Notes under the pieces: generated by a model
The model's input: only the letters and a program-made list of their open reading frames with translations
Told to the model about the DNA's origin: nothing
The model's database searches: none
Position numbers and translations under genes: made by a program
Shown here: piece after piece, positions 60,326-64,000 of the stretch
How the letters are laid out: the number at the start of each line of letters is the position of its first letter
How positions within the stretch are numbered: the first letter of the stretch is position 1
NCBI GenBank assembly: GCA_965205015.1
Contig: OZ242029.1
Span: 2,144,001-2,208,000, forward strand
Length of the DNA: 64,000 bases
Source: Candidatus Poribacteria bacterium
GTDB taxonomy: Bacteria > Poribacteria > WGA-4E > WGA-3G
Direction of reading: 5' to 3'

Positions 60326-61498
60326 TTACTTCTGCAATTTCGCCTTTAATTCAGCGAGGTCCTTGTCAAGCGATGCCTCTTCAGCATAGTTCGAAAATTC
60401 ACGCTCTAATTTCATATCCTGATATGCCACATCTACTTCAGCTGCTGCTTTCGCCAAGGTGGCCGCCTCGGTCGCATCCTGCTCCGTTTTTGCAAGCGCG
60501 TCGAGTGCTTTGCTGTCCTGTATCTCTTTTAACATCTCGCGCAGATGCGCTTCAGCGTCGATGTTTCTGTGTTGTGCCATGACAACAGTTTTTTTCCCCT
60601 CCGCTTCCATCGCTTTCTGCTGAAGATGCTCGAGGAGATCATTGAAATTTCGGACCATCTCTTTCTGTTCTTCCCACTGGTTTTTGTATTGATCCGCTAA
60701 CCGTCGATATTCGTTCCGTTTTTCCAAATCTTCACGAGCCAGATCTTCGCGTCCGGCTTCGAGAGATATAATCGCGCGTTCTTGCCACTGTTCAGCTTGG
60801 GAAACAGCACTTTCATAAGCATCCTGAAACTGTTTTTCAACACCGATAGAAGCGTTAACCTTCTCACGTGCTTCCGCAAGCCTGTCTTTCAGCTCAACGA
60901 TAATACCCTCTAAAACCCGCTCTGGGTCTTCAGTTTCAATCTCAGTCTGCTCCGATTCGGGTTCAAACTTCACAACAACCGTCTCTGCGAATTTATCTCC
61001 CATCCGCTGCCGTTTTTTTCCAAGTGTCCAGAGAGAATCCAGAGGTTGAAAGACGCTTGTGAGTCGGCGAATAAAAGAATCTTTGAAACTACACGGTTTA
61101 CCATCTTTCAATTTTAGCACCTGTAAGGACAGCAGTTTTTTGCCAAATCCCTGTCCATTTTTGAAGCCATCTATGAGAAACATGCTGGCTATCCACAAGA
61201 CGGTACCACTCTTCGCTAAAGTCTCGGGATTATTATGTCCCCACGGTCCGAACAGGAAAACTAAAAGCAATTGCGCGACAACCAATACATTTCTTGGGAG
61301 TTTCGTTTTAGGTCCTAATATCCACAGTAATGCACTGAGCAATCCAATCTGGACAAAACTGGGACTTACAGCTGCGAGAAGAAGGAATAAAGCGAGTAGG
61401 ATACTCGCTAAGAACATTCCATCAATGAAAAACGCGAACAATCGCGCAAATCGGGATGCCAATTTGAATTTTTTCCCTGCAATCTCAATAAACTTCAT
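60326..61498 (-). CDS. RDD domain - PspA/IM30 fusion protein (copy 2)
   Basis: Same architecture as copy 1, with a different TM/loop segment. Confidence 0.85.
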   Translation of the reverse strand: MKFIEIAGKKFKLASRFARLFAFFIDGMFLASILLALFLLLAAVSPSFVQIGLLSALLWILGPKTKLPRNVLVVAQLLLVFLFGPWGHNNPETLAKSGTVLWIASMFLIDGFKNGQGFGKKLLSLQVLKLKDGKPCSFKDSFIRRLTSVFQPLDSLWTLGKKRQRMGDKFAETVVVKFEPESEQTEIETEDPERVLEGIIVELKDRLAEAREKVNASIGVEKQFQDAYESAVSQAEQWQERAIISLEAGREDLAREDLEKRNEYRRLADQYKNQWEEQKEMVRNFNDLLEHLQQKAMEAEGKKTVVMAQHRNIDAEAHLREMLKEIQDSKALDALAKTEQDATEAATLAKAAAEVDVAYQDMKLEREFSNYAEEASLDKDLAELKAKLQK

Positions 61499-61571
61499 CC
61501 TAAAACAGTCTCCTCGCTATACATATAGAGTCCGCAAGCGCAAAAAAGGATAGTCAAGTTATATTTTCTGT

Positions 61572-62177
61572 TTACGCTTTTTGTTCTACCATACTTGAGA
61601 GGATGCCGAGAATCTGGTCGCACTGTGCAATTGTGTAGACAGCCATATCAATATGCAGTTTTTGCCCCTCTAATTTGAGGAAAATCCAATCCGTGCCGGA
61701 GGTAGTCGTTCCATAGACGTATGGAATGCTATTTTTTCTTTCAGCGTTAAAGCGTTGCGCAGCGATCATCTCAGCAACGCATTGGCCCAATCCGAGTTTC
61801 ACGTCGGCATTTTTTGCTTCTACGAGCGCAATGACTGGTGCCTCTACGAAAAATTGCTCTGGCGACAAACTTATCAAAAAATCACACACCCCGGTTAAGT
61901 CATTTTCTGCATCAACGTTGAAATCAACACCCGAAAAGAGACTGATACGACGATCGAAGTGCTCGCGGAGTTCAAATAAGACATCGGTAATAATCAGCTC
62001 CGAGCGGGCCTTTTCTGTACCTATGGCAACGGCTAACGGCACCTTTTTTTTTAATTGCGTTGTAAGGTGTGAACTCGGCGTTATCGGCTCTATTTCAGAA
62101 AAGAGGTCTATAGACGCAACCCTTTCCAATTCAAACGCCATTCCAACGGATTCTAAAGTGAAATCGCTGTAAGCCAT
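61572..62177 (-). CDS. Conserved hypothetical protein, probable PD-(D/E)xK nuclease-like fold
   Basis: TEKARSE, GVCDF, VEAK, GQCVAEM, YGTTTSG..W.F. Confidence 0.7.
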   Translation of the reverse strand: MAYSDFTLESVGMAFELERVASIDLFSEIEPITPSSHLTTQLKKKVPLAVAIGTEKARSELIITDVLFELREHFDRRISLFSGVDFNVDAENDLTGVCDFLISLSPEQFFVEAPVIALVEAKNADVKLGLGQCVAEMIAAQRFNAERKNSIPYVYGTTTSGTDWIFLKLEGQKLHIDMAVYTIAQCDQILGILSSMVEQKA

Positions 62178-62198
62178 TTGATAGACCTCCCCAATGTG

Positions 62199-62228
62199 GT
62201 AGGACTGAGGTGCAAAACCTCGTCCTAC
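62199..62228. repeat. GTAG REP-like hairpin
   Basis: gtaggac-tgaggt-gcaaa-acctc-gtcctac. Confidence 0.55.
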
Positions 62229-62231
62229 AGA

Positions 62232-63296
62232 TCATAGAGTTGGCACTGTCACTGCCACCTCACGTCCACCAGCGTTCGAGGAATCAATAACGCCTTGAAT
62301 AATGACATTCGTGAGCATCACACCGTAAGGATCAATCGGCGACGGTTTCCCTTCACGAACAGCATCGATGAATGCCGTGTCTTCCTCATGGAACACGCTC
62401 ACCGATTCAAACGCCGTGAATTCTTGGTCAAAAATCTCACCATCTTTGTCGCCATAGACACGCACGCCGTCCTGCGGTCCGCGGACCTCGCCGATACCGA
62501 GGCGGAGTCCCGCCTTCTTGCCGAGGAAAATCGTCCCACCGAGTGAATCCATGTTCATACACCAGCACGTTTTGAAAACCATACGCGCCCCGTTCTCGAA
62601 AACCACCCAGCCGACACCGAAGTCTTCAACTTCGGTCTCTTTAAGTGCCGGGTTCCACGTGTTATGTAGACTCAGGTAGTTGGAGGTAATACCAGAAACC
62701 GCGACAGGCTTCGGATGCCCCATCAAATAGAGAGCCGTATCCAGTGCGTAAACACCGATGTCTGCAGACGCCCCTAAACCGGCGGTCGCCTTGCGGATAA
62801 AACTGCCGCCCGGATTCCCGCGCCGTCTATCTGCAACCGTTTCGACATAGTAAATATCGCCAAGGGTGCCAGCGTCAACAATCTCTTTCGCTTTAATGAC
62901 CTCTGGTGAATATCGGAGTTTCAAACCGATCATGAGGATTTTATCGTTTTCTTTTGCAGCACGCCACATTGAGGCGGCAGCGTCCAACGTCGCTTCCATC
63001 GGCTTCTCGCAGAAGACGTGTTTGCCAGCGTTCAGCGCGGCGACGGTCGGTGCCGCATGCACACCTGTCGGCGTACAGACGTACACCGCCTCAATCTCGT
63101 CCATTTTAAGCATTTCGTTGTAATCCGTGAACGTCCGCTTGATGCCCCACTGTTCTTGCGCACGTTCCAGGTTTGCAGGGACAAGGTCGGCGGCAGCGAT
63201 AATCTCAGCACCTTCAATCTCAGCAAGCGTTCGACAATGTGCTCCCGAGATACCGCCCGCCCCAATCAAGCCCAATTTAATTGTTCGCATTTCCAT
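62232..63296 (-). CDS. Gfo/Idh/MocA family oxidoreductase
   Basis: GLIGAGGI, GKHVFCEKP, GTLGDIYY. Confidence 0.92.
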   Translation of the reverse strand: MEMRTIKLGLIGAGGISGAHCRTLAEIEGAEIIAAADLVPANLERAQEQWGIKRTFTDYNEMLKMDEIEAVYVCTPTGVHAAPTVAALNAGKHVFCEKPMEATLDAAASMWRAAKENDKILMIGLKLRYSPEVIKAKEIVDAGTLGDIYYVETVADRRRGNPGGSFIRKATAGLGASADIGVYALDTALYLMGHPKPVAVSGITSNYLSLHNTWNPALKETEVEDFGVGWVVFENGARMVFKTCWCMNMDSLGGTIFLGKKAGLRLGIGEVRGPQDGVRVYGDKDGEIFDQEFTAFESVSVFHEEDTAFIDAVREGKPSPIDPYGVMLTNVIIQGVIDSSNAGGREVAVTVPTL

Positions 63297-63434
63297 CTCC
63301 TTATTCGTATAATGTCTCCTTGATTTTAACGCATCTATGATTCAGAAGTCAAGAGAAATTCTACAACGCATGTTGACACAATTCCCTTCCTATGCTATAT
63401 TTCAGACAGATTCTTAACATCTGAGGAGACTATT

Positions 63435-64000
63435 GTGAAAGCCGCTCAATTTTACGGTGGAAAAGACATAAGGGTTGAAACCGTTCCAGACCCAACGCCC
63501 GAAGAAGGACAAGTGTTGGTCCAAGTAGAAGCAGCAGGGATCTGTGGAAGCGACCTGCACGGGTACCATCATCAACCAGAGAAACCGCTATCGCCACGTA
63601 TTGGTGGACATGAATTGACAGGAGAGGTTGTTGACATAGGCACAGGTGTTACAACGCATGAAAAAGGCACACGCGTCGCCGTTGAACCGATCACGCCGTG
63701 TAACAACTGTCCCGAATGCTTCAACGGCTATTACAATATCTGCGGGAATCTACGGCACGGTGGCGGCGGTTTCGCGGAGTTCATGGTCGCCCGCACGCCA
63801 AACGTGTACACGTTACCCGATAGTGTCTCTGCTGAGGGCGGTGCATTGGCAGAGGTTTACGCAGTCGCCGTTCATGCCGTCAACAGAGCGATGGTATCCC
63901 CTGGAGACCGTGTCGCTATTATCGGAAGCGGTCCCGTCGGCTTAACGATCGCTCAGGTAGCCGATATCGCTGGGGCAACCTCTATCGCCATGCTCGGCAA
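63435..64000 (+). CDS. Zn-dependent MDR dehydrogenase, truncated by the window end (absent from the ORF track)
   Basis: GAGGAG RBS, GTG start; MKAAQFYGGKDIRV, GICGSD, GHE, CNNCPEC..C, GSGPVG. Confidence 0.9.
   Translation, partial: MKAAQFYGGKDIRVETVPDPTPEEGQVLVQVEAAGICGSDLHGYHHQPEKPLSPRIGGHELTGEVVDIGTGVTTHEKGTRVAVEPITPCNNCPECFNGYYNICGNLRHGGGGFAEFMVARTPNVYTLPDSVSAEGGALAEVYAVAVHAVNRAMVSPGDRVAIIGSGPVGLTIAQVADIAGATSIAMLG

Noticed and set aside
63646-63945. 99-aa ORF listed in the ORF track
   Set aside because: Out of frame within the MDR dehydrogenase starting at 63435

Overview
Gene-dense bacterial chromosome segment, most likely Candidatus Poribacteria. This assignment is an inference from a LamG protein ending in the VEPxxKLTTTWGxLK tail, four PhyH-family dioxygenases, four sulfatases and GTAG-type REP hairpins. 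Core content: tRNA-Leu; rpoZ; a tRNA Thr-Tyr-Gly-Thr/rpmG/tRNA-Trp/secE/nusG/rplKAJL cluster without tuf or rpoBC; mqnC; and a hemE-(MBL/TPR)-hemH-hemY operon followed by a pentaheme cytochrome c. Accessory content: a ~1950-aa surface protein with a PVDTP repeat and FlgD/T9SS-like tail, followed by a PorV-like barrel and a LysM protein; two intact IS elements with overlapping target duplications between duplicated sulfatases; and a DUF433/DUF5615 toxin-antitoxin pair. The strongest novelty candidate is a tandem pair of RDD-PspA/IM30 fusions, i.e. bacterial ESCRT-III-like proteins whose amphipathic helix 0 is replaced by an integral-membrane RDD domain. Other candidates are an L10 with an extra L12-binding segment, a ferrochelatase with an N-terminal four-Cys insertion, a SecE with a C-terminal two-TM insertion and a degenerate AccA-like protein. 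All calls come from motif recognition by eye; no database searches were run.
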